NCBI RefSeq assembly: GCF_018350175.1
Contig: NC_058368.1
Location: 86,306,001-86,370,000 of the forward strand
Reading direction: 5' to 3'
DNA: 64,000 nucleotides
Source of the DNA: Felis catus
Lineage: Eukaryota
Position numbers and translations under genes: made by a program. This document shows positions 26,139 through 39,360 of this stretch, in pieces (the first letter of the stretch is position 1; each line of letters opens with the position of its first letter). The notes below the pieces were generated by a model. It was not told the origin of the DNA, made no database searches, and was given only the letters and a program-made list of their open reading frames with translations.

Positions 26139-26701
26139 ATTTTGGCTTTCTTTTTCACAGAGGAACTGGTTATATTAAGCAGTTATCAAACATGAGCCAT
26201 GCTGAGAAATTTACTATTAGAAAGTATAAATTTCCAATAATTAAAAAAGTAAATAATAGATAATACTAATAAATTACTCATACTAATTAATAAAAATAAT
26301 AAATTAACAAAAATTTCAAAACCACAGATGGTGATATCAAATACAACCATTTAATTTCCTATTATCACTAGAAATTATGTGTTTTAATGGTTTAGAATTC
26401 AGATGCAATCAAAGCTACTAGGGATTATAAGGGAATCAACTCTGAATGCAAGGAAAAGTTAGAAAGTTGTTAGAAAACTCATGAGGTGTGGATATAATTT
26501 TTGTTTAGAAAAAAGAAAGTAATTTTTTCTTAGAGTGAAACTATTACTTTCACAATTGGATAGAAGAGAAAGCATTGAGAAGAAATATTGTAAAAGTTTG
26601 GTCAAAAGTAACCTTGGGAAAGGAATTTTATGAGTCATAAATCTGGATACATTGAATTATTTTGTTAAGAGGGCTGTAAAAAGAAGTTTTAATATAAGTT
26701 T

Positions 26702-26924
26702 TTTTTAAATTTTTTTTAATGTTTATTTATTTTTGAGACAGAGAGAGACAGAGTGCAAGTGGGGGAGGGGCAGAGAGAGAGGGAGACACAGAATCTGAAA
26801 CAGGCTCCAGGTTCTGAGCTGTCAGAACAGAGCCCGATGCGGGGCTCGAACCCACGGACTGACTGCGAGATCATGACCTGAGCCGAAGTCATACGCTCAA
26901 CCGACTGAGCCACCCAGGCGCCCC
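26702..26924 (-). mobile_element. Young felid SINE with 17-bp TSD
   Basis: TSD agttttaatataagttt at 26685 and 26925; CpG-rich body. Confidence 0.95.
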
Positions 26925-27279
26925 AGTTTTAATATAAGTTTAATGCAAGTTTTATGTAAAACTAAACCTGACTTTATTTTTACCTCCTAAAGGACAAGTA
27001 TATATAACTTGTTCTGCTATTAATAAATTTTACAACTATTTAGCTTTCTGTATTTCACTGTCTTTGTCACCATGGTTAGGTGAATAACTGTTACTTCACA
27101 GTGACCTATACGATCTTATTTGACAAAATGTTTTAAACCTTTTGATTTTTTGGACAAACTTCCCCCAATTGACATTCTAAATAAAAATAAATTTTTGACT
27201 TCTAACTAATTGGTATTTACCAGAGGTTTCCGATACATCTCAACAATTTTTCTTCTATCTCCTTATTTTAAAAAAATGG

Positions 27280-27510
27280 GGGGGGGGGTTACCTGAATGA
27301 ATCAGTTACTTAAGCCTTTGACTTGGGCTCTGATCATGATCTCGCGGTTAGTGGTTTCCAGTCCCACATCAGGCTCTGTGCTGACAGCTCAGAGCCTGGA
27401 GCCTGCTTCAGATTTTGTCTCCCTCTCTCTCTGCCCCTCCCCAACTCATGCTCTCTCTTTCCCTCTCTCTCTTTCTCTCTCTCAAAAATGAATAAACTAA
27501 AAAAAATTTA
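27280..27510 (+). mobile_element. Can-SINE
   Basis: SINE body, (CT)n and A-tail. Confidence 0.9.
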
Positions 27511-27645
27511 AAAAGGGGGATGTTAATCTAATTAGACTTGATATGTTACATTACATGGGAAGTACTCTCACATATAACGGAGTACTCAGTTTTCTTTATG
27601 TTGGGTTTGTACAGGCATATGTGATAAGTGTTTTAAAAATTATAA

Positions 27646-27863
27646 GGGGCGCCTGGGTGGCGCAGTTGGTTAAGCGTCCGACTTCAGCCAGGTCACGATC
27701 TCGCGGTCTGTGAGTTCGAGCCCCGCGTCGGGCTCTGGGCTGATGGCTCAGAGCCTGGAGCCTGTTTCCGATTCTGTGTCTCCCTCTCTCTCTGCCTCTC
27801 CCCCATTCATGCTCTGTCTCTCTCTGTCCCAAAAATAAATAAAAACATTGAAAAAAAATTTAA
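27646..27863 (+). mobile_element. Young felid SINE (SINEC_Fc-like)
   Basis: ggggcgcctgggtggcgcagttggttaagcgtccgacttcagcc; TSD aaaaattata. Confidence 0.95.
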
Positions 27864-28959
27864 AAAAAATTATAGAAAACTTCTTGAAATGCTGGTGTGA
27901 TATTATCAATTACAATCCAGTTATTGTATTCAGATGTTGGATGTTACTAAATCAATCAAATTTTACTACCAATTCCATTTTAATAAACTTTTATTATTTT
28001 AATAATTTTCATTTACACAGAGATATGGCTTTACTCAGATGCTTTTGCAAAAGTGTTACTGCAAAAAGTTTTCGTCATGAAAGAAACTTTGGAAAGGACT
28101 TGACAAGTACCAGTTTCAATTAATTTTAAAGTCATAAAACTATTGGTAAGAATTTCCAGAACTAATAGAGAAATAAGAATCAAGTAGAATATGTATTCAT
28201 TAAATGGGAATGAATAAGATGAGGAGAATTATTAAAATTTTATGACATTTTCTTTGAAGTCATTGTCAGTTCCTTAATATTTTGTTTGTCAAGATTTAGG
28301 GAAATTTTTTTTACTCTATCTATGACTAACAGTATTTGATAAAGTATACCTTTTAAAAGGAAGAAACTACTTGTGTTATCTCCCTACATGACCTCTCCAA
28401 AATTTAAAACTGTTGCATATTCTTGTCATGGCAGTATAGCTACTTAGTTGCACAAGTTTAGCAAGAATCTGTTCTTCTTACAAGACACAATCAGAAAAAA
28501 TCTGACTCTATTTCAAACCTTTGACTGGAAAGGTGTTGGTTGGTAGGTAAAATCTGATGGCAAGTCTTTTGATTGGTTTCCTGGCCTTGGAAAATTTAAG
28601 ATATCAAGGTGAGAGTCTTTACAAAAGTTCCAGGAATGCGACCTTAAAAAGACGTTACATGGTCAGGAACTGTTCTTGCTGGACTTATATAAATATCAGG
28701 CCACATTTAACACACACAGGTTAGTTTTACTGTGATTATTTTTGATGGAAAACTGAAATAATTGTAGAGGGAAAATTATATTTACACCACTGTAGATATA
28801 TTCCAATCCTTTTAAATGTCTTTGAAGTTTTTTATATACCTTTAAACTCAACTTATTTGAAAATTCTTCTAGTTCCTCAAATATTTGGCTAGGACTGCCC
28901 AAACTAACATTTCCACTTTACGCCCAACCGTTTGATTTGAAATTACTAAAAACAAAGAC

Positions 28960-29143
28960 ATCCCTTAAATATTTTAGGAAAGGACTACACTGTGTTCTCC
29001 TCATGACCCTGGTGGCAGCCAAACTTCAGAGACTAGAAACATGTGCTTATATTTCACAGCTAAAGGAAGCTTTACTTGATGTCTGTGCCTGTGCAAACAC
29101 TGGAAACATACAAATCAAATTGGCAAGTCAGAGAAGTTGCTGA
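28960..29143 (+). pseudogene. pol: Integrase C-terminal (GPY/F-like) remnant
   Basis: KGLHCVLLMTLVAAKLQRLETCAYISQLKEA resembles the class I pattern WKGP..VLLTT.TAAKL.G...WIH.S.LK. Confidence 0.65.
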
Positions 29144-29664
29144 CATCGGTGTAAAGGACTTCCTCCCAAGATGCCAGATCAAGGCTTCACATTTTAACTA
29201 AACATGAAACCCTTCCTTCTCCTCCTTCTTCCTCTTATCCCATTTATTCAGGCATTGGCTTGGATAGATAATGCTGACATCAATATCTCTCAGGCCATTC
29301 TATAAGATACCCTTTAGACTGCTGCATTGTCATCAAAAATTCTGATCTGTTCATGATAATAGAAACACTTTGGTTCACTTTCCTGTCTTGTGTTAACAAC
29401 TTCAAACTCAACCCCATGGAATCTTGTATCCAATCTTTGATAAAGACAGAAATTCAGGGAAAGTATAACCAGAATAAATCTACCTTTGTGCTCTACAGAC
29501 CCTTACATTGTACTGGCCCCTATGGTTGTCACTTTTCCAGTCTTGAGCCACAGATTCAAATGGGACTTGCCAGAACACATTCTTGATTCAAAACTAGCTT
29601 TGTTTGGTAAACCATTCCTCCTCTAGCTAAGAATAAATGTAAATGCAGCTGTGATGGGTCAGCC

Positions 29665-30220
29665 GCCTTCCTTAACTCTTGAAGATATCACAGAATCTGC
29701 TGCTGATATAGTAGCTGTCAGGCAACCATCCTTACATTTTCTGTCCAAAGTTGTTATTTTGATGGTGGGGAAGGGAGAGAGCAGGAGAGGGGCAAATGGA
29801 GAGCTAGAGAGAGAATGTTACACAAGGCTCCACATCCAGCACAGAGCCCCACACAGGGCTGGATCTCATGCCCTTCAGATCATGACCTGAGCCAGAATCA
29901 AGAGTCAGAAGCAGTTGTTCTTGATAAAGTAGTTCTGATTATCTTCTGGAAGAACAGAGAGGTGTCTGTGCTGTGGCAAACACCTCCTGGTGCACCTGAA
30001 TTAACACTTCTGGGAATGCTGACCTTCAGTTACATAAGATTATGAACAAAATACTTGGTTTAAAATGGCAATCCTTCAGAGGGCACCTTCTATGACTTAC
30101 TGGATTTTGATTGATTTTGGTCTTGGAAACCATGGGTCTGAAGTGCACTCTAAACACTGGGAATTATCCTGCTTATAATAATGATAGCATTATCTTTGGT
30201 ATGCTGCATTATCTCAAAAG
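29665..30220 (+). pseudogene. env: Gamma-type env TM remnant (heptad, ISD, CX6CC-like, membrane anchor), SINE-interrupted
   Basis: SLHFLSKVV-[SINE]-LD...DYLLEEQRGVCAVANTSWCT*INTSG, then LGIILLIIMIALSLVCCIISK. Confidence 0.8.
29757..29910 (-). mobile_element. Partial Can-SINE inserted in env
   Basis: gatcatgacctgagccagaatcaagagtc; approximate TSD agttgtt. Confidence 0.75.
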
Positions 30221-30225
30221 ATTTA

Positions 30226-30642
30226 TTTATTTTTTTAATTAATGTTTATTTATTTTTTTTAGAGAGAGACACAGAGTGTGAGCGGGGGAGGGACAGTGAG
30301 GGAGGGAGACACAGAAACTGAAGCAGGCTCCAGGCTCCAAGCTATCAGCACAGAGCCTGATGCAAACTCAGAAAACATGAGATCGTGACCTGAGCTGAAG
30401 TCAGACGCTTAACCGAGTGAACTACCCAGGCGCCCCTATCTCAAAAGATTTATTATTTAAAAAAATATTTATTTATTTTTTAGAGAGAGAGAGAGAGAGA
30501 AAGTGTGAGTGGGGGGGGGGCAGAGAAAGAGGGAGACACAGAATCTGAAGCAGGCTTCAGGCTCTGAGCTGTCAGCACAGAGGCTGACATGGGGCTCGAA
30601 CTCACGAACTATGAGATCATGTTCACCCCACCCAGGTGCCCC
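30226..30642 (-). mobile_element. Two tandem Can-SINEs (30226-30436, 30453-30642) sharing a triplicated TSD
   Basis: tatctcaaaagattta at 30210, 30437 and 30643. Confidence 0.93.
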
Positions 30643-32864
30643 TATCTCAAAAGATTTAAATGCATGTACACAGCTGTTAACTACAGTGCAAATGATCTCT
30701 GTAAGACTCTAATGTACGAAAAGTTAGAAAGAGAATGAATGACTCAAATGATATGAACCTGAGGCTCTGACCTGTGAATATCACAGAGATTCATCAAAAA
30801 ATATCATCTGTAAATACTGCACAAAGGACTTTGGAGAACTTTGGAGCAGTAGCTAGGATTGGCACTCTATTGTTGATCATATCTTCAGTAAGGTGAGAGT
30901 GTGATCGAAAGGGGGGAATTATTTAAAAACAGACACTAGGGACCAAATGGAGTCACTTGTGTTAATCCCCATGTCACCAAACCAAGACTTAATGCCTAAT
31001 TTGATTATAGCTTCAACCTCTCCCAGGAATACAATCTTAATCCAGGCAATCTGGAATTTCCTGGTTGTCAATATTGAAGTTACCTTCAGGATGATGAGGT
31101 AATGAGCTCTTTCCTTGTTTCTGCCTCCTTCTGCATAATATGTCTCCCATTTTCACAGCTTTTTGGTACTGCTTTACATTTTCTAGATGGGATGCTGCCC
31201 ATTTCATTCATGAATGATTAAATAAACCCAATGTGATTATTGAATTCTTCTGTGTAACACGGACAATTTGACATTTGAGCCTTAACCAAAATCCTTTAGT
31301 CTCATCTAAATAAAGCCAAATAATCACGATTTTTTTTCAATTTTTGTCTCCTAAATATTTATGTAACTTTTTTTTTCCTCCTCAACCCCTGCAGTCACTG
31401 TCTTAACTGTTCATGGAATTTTCTAGATAAATCTAAATTTGTATTTGGATTCTGAGTCTATCGACTAGGGTTCTACATAAAACAAAAACAAACAAAACAA
31501 AATAAAACAAAAACAGAAAAAAAAGAATCTCCATTGAAACTAAAAAATAAGTATATTGAAAAAAATCAATGGCCATCAAAATCTTCAGAAACACAGAGGA
31601 TTCAGGTTTGGTGTACATACATCAGGAACAATACCTGGTATGTGCCTCAGAATTATTTATGTGATGACACCCCCACTTCGAAGGACATATAAAAGTTGTT
31701 ATCTCCCAAACTAAGACTATTGGATCAAGTGACCTCAAACCCATATGCATGGCTGTGAGGAAGTATAAAGGAGACAGTTTTGAGATCTAAGTCTAGGAAG
31801 AAACTGGGAATGTGGCTTATGACCCAGAACTGTCCTGAGTTTAATCCATTAGAAGACATGTGAATGTAATACAAAGTAACCCACTATCTTGTATACAAGG
31901 CTTGTAATGGCAAAGCAACGCACTCTTTAAGAATTAAGGTTACATACACTGCTGAGAGCCAATGAGGCAGAGACCCCAATGCCTAGTTTAGATGGGTCAG
32001 GGATAGGAAGAGAGAAGGAGAAATCTCCCCAAGGATACAATCAAAGACCATGGAAAATACTGGATCAAGAGATTTGTCCCAAAGACCAGGATCCACAGCC
32101 AGAGCAAGAAAACACACCTGGACCTGAAGAAGACTGCAGAATACCAGAGATCATGTGCTTTTTATTAGGAGACAATGACTGGGTGTAACAAGGTGGTGTT
32201 TTTCTTGGTGAGTAGATGAACATAATTCTATGGGTAGGGAGAAATTTACATACAGATAATTGATAGCCAGAATGACTCAATATCACATAATTTGGCAAGG
32301 ACCATTTTGCTTCACTAAAAAATAAGAATCCTGTTTATAGAGATTGCAATAATTATTGGAATGGAGGGGATTGGTCAAGGGGACCTCTTTCAAGCCTTGC
32401 TTCAAGCGTGGACATATAAACACTTTCTTTCTTCACCCCAGATTCCCAGACCTACAGTGGGGAAAATCCAATTATTTGACCCAGATGAGAAAGTTTAAGC
32501 AAATATGACAGTGTTAAAATTTCACAGAAATTTTGTCTTTTCAACAAGTGGTGGCTGATTTATTTTCAATACACATTATGCATTTCACAATTTTCAATTT
32601 CCTGGTAAAGTTAGAAGTGCCATTTAAGAAGTTGCAAAGATATTTCCCTGGTGTTAAAACTTAACATGTAAAGATAATAACCAAATATCAGATGTTAAAT
32701 ACTGATTAATAGTCTTTCTTGAAAGAAAATGAATGCAGGAAACTGAAATTTATAGAAGAAATCATTAAGCTCTGGATATGAGGCAGTGCTTAATGTCACA
32801 CAGAGGTAACTCTGTAAACTTAATTTAAAATGAATATAAAAATTAAACTTTGCTACCAATTTTA

Positions 32865-33074
32865 AAAATGTTTAATGTTTATTTATTTTTGAGACAGAGA
32901 GACAGAACACAAGGATGAGAGAGGCAGAGAGAGAGGGAGACATGGAATCTGAGGCAGTCTCCATACTCTGAACTATCAGCACAGAGCCTGACATGGGTCT
33001 CAAACTCAAAACTGCAAGATCATGACCTGAGCTGAAGTTGGACATTTAATCAACTGAGCCACCCAGGTGACCCT
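32865..33074 (-). mobile_element. Can-SINE with TSD
   Basis: TSD tgctaccaatttta at 32851 and 33076. Confidence 0.92.
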
Positions 33075-33423
33075 GTGCTACCAATTTTATACATATTTGG
33101 AGATTATGCTGTAGTTAAACTTCTTTTAACTTTTTAAGTGCCACTATTTTGCCTAGAAAGTCTGACTTCCCAATGTATAGTTTTATCATAAAACTTTCAA
33201 AAGGTTGTATATATTATGTTACAGCAAAAGTGTTTACTTTTATATATTATTAAACTTAACTCTTGTCTGTCCCCTAATGAACTGTTGTATCAGAAATGCA
33301 TTTGCACTATATTTTCAGAGGGACCATAGCTTTAATTGGCCACCTCTGAATGACTGAGTTTAAGTGTTTCTAGAAATATAGTTATACATATATATGTAAT
33401 ATATACATCCTTGAACTCCAAGG

Positions 33424-33478
<55 letters not shown>

Positions 33479-33568
33479 ACAAATACGTATAAGCATAATG
33501 GAAAAAAATGATGCAATCCCTTGCTTATATTATTCTTTTTATACATTCATTTTCTTTAATTCCTACAT

Positions 33569-33750
33569 TCATTTTATTTTTTAAAAATAATGTACTTTAA
33601 CAGACAAAACATGAGGTAAAAACTCTAAACTTGCAAACATTTATGTTAGAATACTCCAGGGCAAGTATTCTAACATAAATGTTTGCAAGTTTAGAGTTTT
33701 TACCTCATGTTTTGTCTGTTAAAGTACATTATTTTTAAAAAATAAAATGA
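33569..33750. repeat. Perfect inverted repeat: 87-bp arms, 8-nt loop
   Basis: 33569-33655 is the exact reverse complement of 33664-33750; loop CCAGGGCA; (TA)n tracts at ~33429-33474 and ~33769-33910. Confidence 0.97.
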
Positions 33751-33877
33751 TAAAAAATAAAAAATAAAATATATATATATATATATATACGTATATATAT
33801 ATATATATATACATACACACACACATATATATATATATATAGAGAGAGAGAGATATCAATATATTATAGAAAGATAT

Positions 33878-33911
<34 letters not shown>

Positions 33912-34601
33912 CAGAAAATATATTTTTTACATGCTTGGGACATGACTACATCTGTTTTATTGAGATGTTTTTTTCCATATGTCTATGCTTTGATTTAGCA
34001 GTTGTGAGGTTCTAAATAATAAATGACAATAGTATAAGGTTAATCTTATAAAAATATATATAATTTAAACTAATTCTCACTATAACTTAGCAAATTTCCC
34101 TTTACGTTTTTAAGTTCTCAGCTGGAAATCCCTGTAACAGAAAGAAGTCTGTATGTGGCTGCAGATTTGAAAATGACTGAATGCAAATCACAAATACATA
34201 AAAAGGTTGAGAATATAATAGAATGTAATAGTAAGTAAGTTACTTAAAACAGATTAAAAAGAAAAAAAAGACTAAAGACACATATGCAAGGCATATATCC
34301 AGGGAAAAATGAGTAACTCTCATATATGGGAAAATGACTGAGCCACTGGCCCCCAAGAATGAAGATTTTGCATGGCACTAGACTTTCAAAAAACATAATT
34401 CCAGACTAAAAGTCAATTACATTGAGATATTGACATTAAAAGAGCAGAACCCAGAACTGATCTGACCTTTGTTACTACCCTCCAAATTGGTGAGAAAGAC
34501 AGAGAACTCAAAAAGGCTCACAGGCATCAGGCCTATGTTTCATGTTGTCCCCAAAGCTAGATGTTCTGAAGTCTCCTTCAAACCCACAGTGCTGACAAAT
34601 C

Positions 34602-35608
34602 TGTTTAAAACAAAATACAACTGAGTAAATTTAAAAATCATGTTGATTTCTTCAATGATTCATAAACCTGGCAGCACCCCTGTCTAACAAATAGAAAGGA
34701 GGTTCAAAGCACTGTACAAAATGGGAGACTGTTAAAGACAGAAAGGGGCTTGAACAAGGAAAGACTATTACATTATCTTCCTTTGGTGGGCTAGTGGATC
34801 GCTCAAATTATCTCACAACTACTGGCCAAAAAATTCCACCTTGACCGGTTTAAGATAATATTCCTGGAAGAGGTTGAAACTACATTTAGGTTAGTTGGTT
34901 TGCTGATATGGGACTTAGTACGAGTGACTATTTTGGCCTAGCTTCTCTTTTTAGCAGTTCCCAAATTGTGTGAATCATACATCTTTGTATCCCCCACCAT
35001 ATAGTAAGTACTCACTAAATATTTGGTAATTAAAAAGCTATTTGGTTTAAATAGCACCTGTCTTTTGTTTCTTTTCCCCCTCCAAATTTTGGACACATAT
35101 AGTGTGTAGAACAGTTAATAGGAGTTAAAATCTTATAGCAAGAAGGTAATTATTATTTATTTCCATATTATGACAAAACTGACCTTTACATTATTATTAG
35201 AAAGATGTTCATCCCTATAAAGAGGCAGTAAGAAATATTCATTTCTGTTTGCAAAAATTAAACTTTGTTAATTTAATATATAAGAAAACTTACAATTCAT
35301 ACAGTGTGCATTACAAAATCCATTTAGATGTCATTTTCTTTAAAATGTGCATCTTCCAGTATGAGCTATGAAATAAATAATGAATAAGAAGCACTGGGTA
35401 ATAGGTTAACAACTGAATGAAAACAGTAATGACTGAAAGGAGACATAATAAACTCAGAATCAGGGACTATGTGGGGAGGAAACAGTTTGGGGAGGAAGCA
35501 ATTTTACCCAAAAGTCATGATTGTCTGGCTTTTAAACTTATCTGGAGTAGATCCCCATAAACTATTGTAAAATGGCAGAAGATATGAATAATTTGTCTCC
35601 TTTCTTTT

Positions 35609-35672
<64 letters not shown>

Positions 35673-36035
35673 TCCTTCTTTCCTTCTTTCCTTCTTTCCT
35701 TCTTTCTTCATCTTAGTTCTTATAATAATTTGGCTCTTCCTAATGTTAAGATCTGTGAGGACACAATATTTGTGGGAGTTCCTTCACTATTTTTCTGAGC
35801 CAGAAGACTATTGGAATAAAGGATTTCTGAAGGTGATTTCTGATAGCCTGGAGTGCCCACTATTTGTTTATGATCTCTTGAACCTCACTCCCAGGGTTGA
35901 TCCCCACTTCCAGCCATAAAAAGTAGAATTATTCTTGCATTTATAGGACTGTCTTTAAGAGTGACTTCAAATATGCCATTGAAGGGAGCAAAATTTACCT
36001 CCTTAAAACATACACACCTCTTTGGGATAAAGATT
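34602..36035 (-). repeat. Inner inverted duplication, right arm (includes ERV1 LTR 34602-34956, minus)
   Basis: Reverse-complement homology to 24446-25915. Confidence 0.93.
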
Positions 36036-36515
36036 ATTTTAGACTTGTAATTTGTAAGAAACAGTGAACATGGGAAAAACACTGAGCACCACAATTACTC
36101 TTTTGTAAGAGACATATATGTTTTTAAAGGGCATTTTCATTTGTAAGGTTGTCTTCCTCTCTGTATCAGTAAGCGAATGATGGACATATTTCTAGAAACT
36201 CTTCTCAGTGGAGAAGCCAGTGACTTAAATTTGCACAAAGAACATACCCTTGCTTACTCTCCTTTTTTTGGTAACTTCCCATAACTAGCCTCCCCAATCC
36301 CCCTTAATCTTTTGTCTTTATCTGAAGATGGTTTTTATAGAAATGACTTGGGCAATTTCAGGGAGTTACTCATTTTTTTTTCTGGGTCTTTCCATACACA
36401 GGAGATATAATGTGTATTAAACTTTGGTTTTCTCTTGTTAATCTATTTTTTGTTGTTAAAGGAGATGTCTCAGCCAAAGAACTAGAAATGTAGAGTGATT
36501 ATTGTGCCACCTACA
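35980..36515 (+). mobile_element. Solo ERV1 LTR, MER34-like
   Basis: tgaagggagcaaaatttacc start, ...cctaca end; family assignment from recall only. Confidence 0.55.
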
Positions 36516-36819
36516 CAGCATTTTCTGATACTTTAAAGAACTGAGCCTCTGTCTTGCTATTCAGAAAACTAAGTCCTGAAGTGGTGTGGATTCCATCAGG
36601 CCATGGTATATCAGGGCCAACAACAGATCAAGGTGTCCTGATTTCCTCCATAATTCACTGCCTGAAATAGTTAAGGAGTTTATATTAGGCATCCCTGTTC
36701 AACTCCACATTCCCTCAAATTATTTCCAATGATAACCACTGGGAAAAACTAAAGGCATTCCCATCATTTTCCTGGTTTGCATGATAAGATTCTCTTTCTA
36801 CTCACTGTTCTACTTTTCT

Positions 36820-38318
36820 CCAGGCTGGCCTCATGAGTATGTGTTCTGTGTGCTTGCACAGGAGCATATATTCCCAAGGGCTATTGCTCGGCTTAATGGT
36901 CTATATCTGCCATCTTGAAAACGTCATAATTTTATATCTGGGTGTACACGTGAGCAGAGGTATGATGCTGGGAGGCAGCATTGGCTTGTGAATTTGACAC
37001 AGCAGCAGTACCTGCACAGGTGGGCTCAGCAGCATGCACCCAGAGCAATATGCCTGGCCTCCTCATGTGAACACAGGTATGTCCGTTTCCAGGGCACATA
37101 GAAACCCAAGGGAGTATCTCTTCTGGGACTGGGACCAGACTGGTGACGGTGATGACAGCAGCAGTTGCAGAGGCAGCACAGAGGTGGAAGAGTCCACTGC
37201 CAGGAGACAGAAGGAGCTCTGCCTGGCAATAGCAGTGACTCACACTGGAGGCAGGGGATGACTTTCACTTCCACCTCGAAGCCCATCCTGTGTCATTGAT
37301 AAAATTACTAACTATCTTGCCTGAGTGTCTGGACAGGAAGTGATAATGGAGCTTAACTAGTAGTAGTAATCTTTGTCAATGAAATATGCAAATAAAAGTA
37401 CACACATTGCCATTGCAATAAAGCATATTGGGAAGTTATGAGAATTAATAAAATAATCCAAAACTTATACTTTTAGAAACTTCCACAACATTGCAAAGAA
37501 AATTTCCAGAAGTTCAGAAATAGAAATGCAATTTAACAATGTTAAAAATATTTAAAATTTAATGTGAAATATTATTGATGAAAATAATAAAATTTCATAT
37601 AAAATTTCAGAAACATGAAAAAAGATCACAGTAATTTACCTTGTATTTGGAGATACAGTAATAAAATGAATAAATGGGTATTGGAAGCATGAAGTGACTT
37701 CCACTATCTTTTACAAAGTCCACAAATTACCAGAAATTTGAAAGTTTCATTAAAGTGACAGTTATTAAATATATATTTAAAAGCAAATTCAGGTTTACAT
37801 ATCAATTGATGGATTGAAATTGATTTATTAGAGAACTTTATTAGAAAAAATTTTTCCTGAAGAAGCATCAACTCTACATGTACTAAAATTTGCATTTGGA
37901 TATAATGTATCAGATGTTGGATCCACTGTTGTCACCACTTATAAATACTCCAAACACCTCCAATAACATACTCATAATGACTCTTCTCAAATTAAAAATT
38001 GTCAAAAATTAATTGCCTCCTTGAATTTTCCACCAGTGACTAACAGCACATTCAACTGTATGGATAGAAAAATGAAGTTCCTAAAAGCATAAATTTTGAT
38101 GAAATTAATTTGGAGAAAAATGAGGCAAAAAATATTACCAATGATGACATCACAAAACAATGTATTACTATTTATTATATTTAATAGATAAGAAATTAAT
38201 TTTGAAGAAAAAAGTCTTCATATTTTAGCACAGAGGATGGCACCCTTTCTGCTTTTGAAAAAGAGGCCTCATGCTTTCATTTTGTGCTGTGCCCCATAAA
38301 TTATGCAGGGTATGACCT
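36820..38318 (+). mobile_element. MER45-family (hAT-Tip100) DNA transposon remnant
   Basis: 5' caggctggcctcatg...ccatcttgaaa and 3' tttcattttgtgctgtgccccataaattatg match recalled MER45 ends; ttctcaaattaaaaattgtcaaaaat at ~37985 resembles the hAT dimerisation motif FSKLKIIKN. Confidence 0.7.
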
Positions 38319-39360
38319 ACCTCCTCTCTACCAAACCTGAGAAAATAAAGAGCATTTCTTCACTTACCAATGAGGAGAAGTGTTAGCAATCTACTTGAAC
38401 AGGAAGTTCACTTGAGCTGAGAGTGTTTATTAGATTAATAGCGGGACGTGTTTAGAAAAATGATTTATCAATGACTAGAATTGGTGTATAGAAGTTGATA
38501 TTCCCCCAACCTATTCCGGTAAAACTTTGAAATGTAGCGAATGGGAAATAAAATAACCTATGAGAGGCATGAGCGAATACAAAGATAGCAGTGACTACTG
38601 AGTATGTGATAAGTGTCGGGGGTGGTTATGGGAATGTCCTTGAACCCCCTAATTCCTAATAGCTACACTCAACTTTTGATCCACTCAGATTATAACTAAC
38701 CTCAAAATTTCTTCATCTCTTATGGCACATCCAAGTCTTAATACTTGATTTTGAGGGATACCTGAGATGAAATCATTTTCCTAGGATTCACTTCCATAAA
38801 AGAAGCATAAACTTGTTATAGTTTATTCAGGATGGTCTAGGACTTTAGAATCCCTGATGAAGTCTCACCTACATCTTTCTAAAGCCAAGTTAGCATATAG
38901 TGAAAAAAAAAGGTAACATACATAGATAAGTCATTGAGACTACAATGGGAAGAACAAGACAGTTTCTGACATTATTTAGATATAGACATTCAAGAAATAT
39001 TTATTTCTCTCTTTATATATTTTGGAAAATAAATGTAAAATAGTAGAACTGTTATGCTGAATGACCGCTTCAGTTAAACAGTTTCCATGTTCATTTCCAC
39101 ATGAAAAAGAACCATTTTCATTGGGAACCTATTAGCAAAAAATGAGTGCATTTGAAAGTCATGAGAAAAAGCATCATAAAGATAAAAAAGAGAAGGCTTA
39201 AAATTACATATATGTTTGAGAGACAATTTTGTCCAGACATGAGTGAGTTTCTTGTGATTCTAGTCCTTGTGATCCAAGAATAAAATAATATTTTACAATT
39301 ACTGCACACTGTTGAAGGGACTTATACCCAAGTCTTGGGTACATATGCAAAAAGCTTTGT

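Larger units (their letters stand above)
25566..31259 (+). mobile_element. Decayed class I (ERV1-type) provirus: 5' LTR ~25566-26159, internal remnants, PPT ~30908-30918, 3' LTR ~30919-31259
   Basis: Two related, well-diverged LTRs; purine tract gaaaggggggaa before the 3' LTR; pol and env remnants; no clear TSD. Confidence 0.7.

Noticed and set aside
30210..30658. CRISPR-like repeat-spacer pattern
   Set aside because: The repeats are TSDs and the spacers are SINEs, in a mammalian context
31640..32480. Possible further ERV remnant (purine tract ggaggggga near 32364)
   Set aside because: No diagnostic motif or LTR pair could be established by eye
36932..37286. GC-rich overlapping ORFs suggesting an exon
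   Set aside because: They lie inside the MER45-type element and show no protein similarity I can recognise
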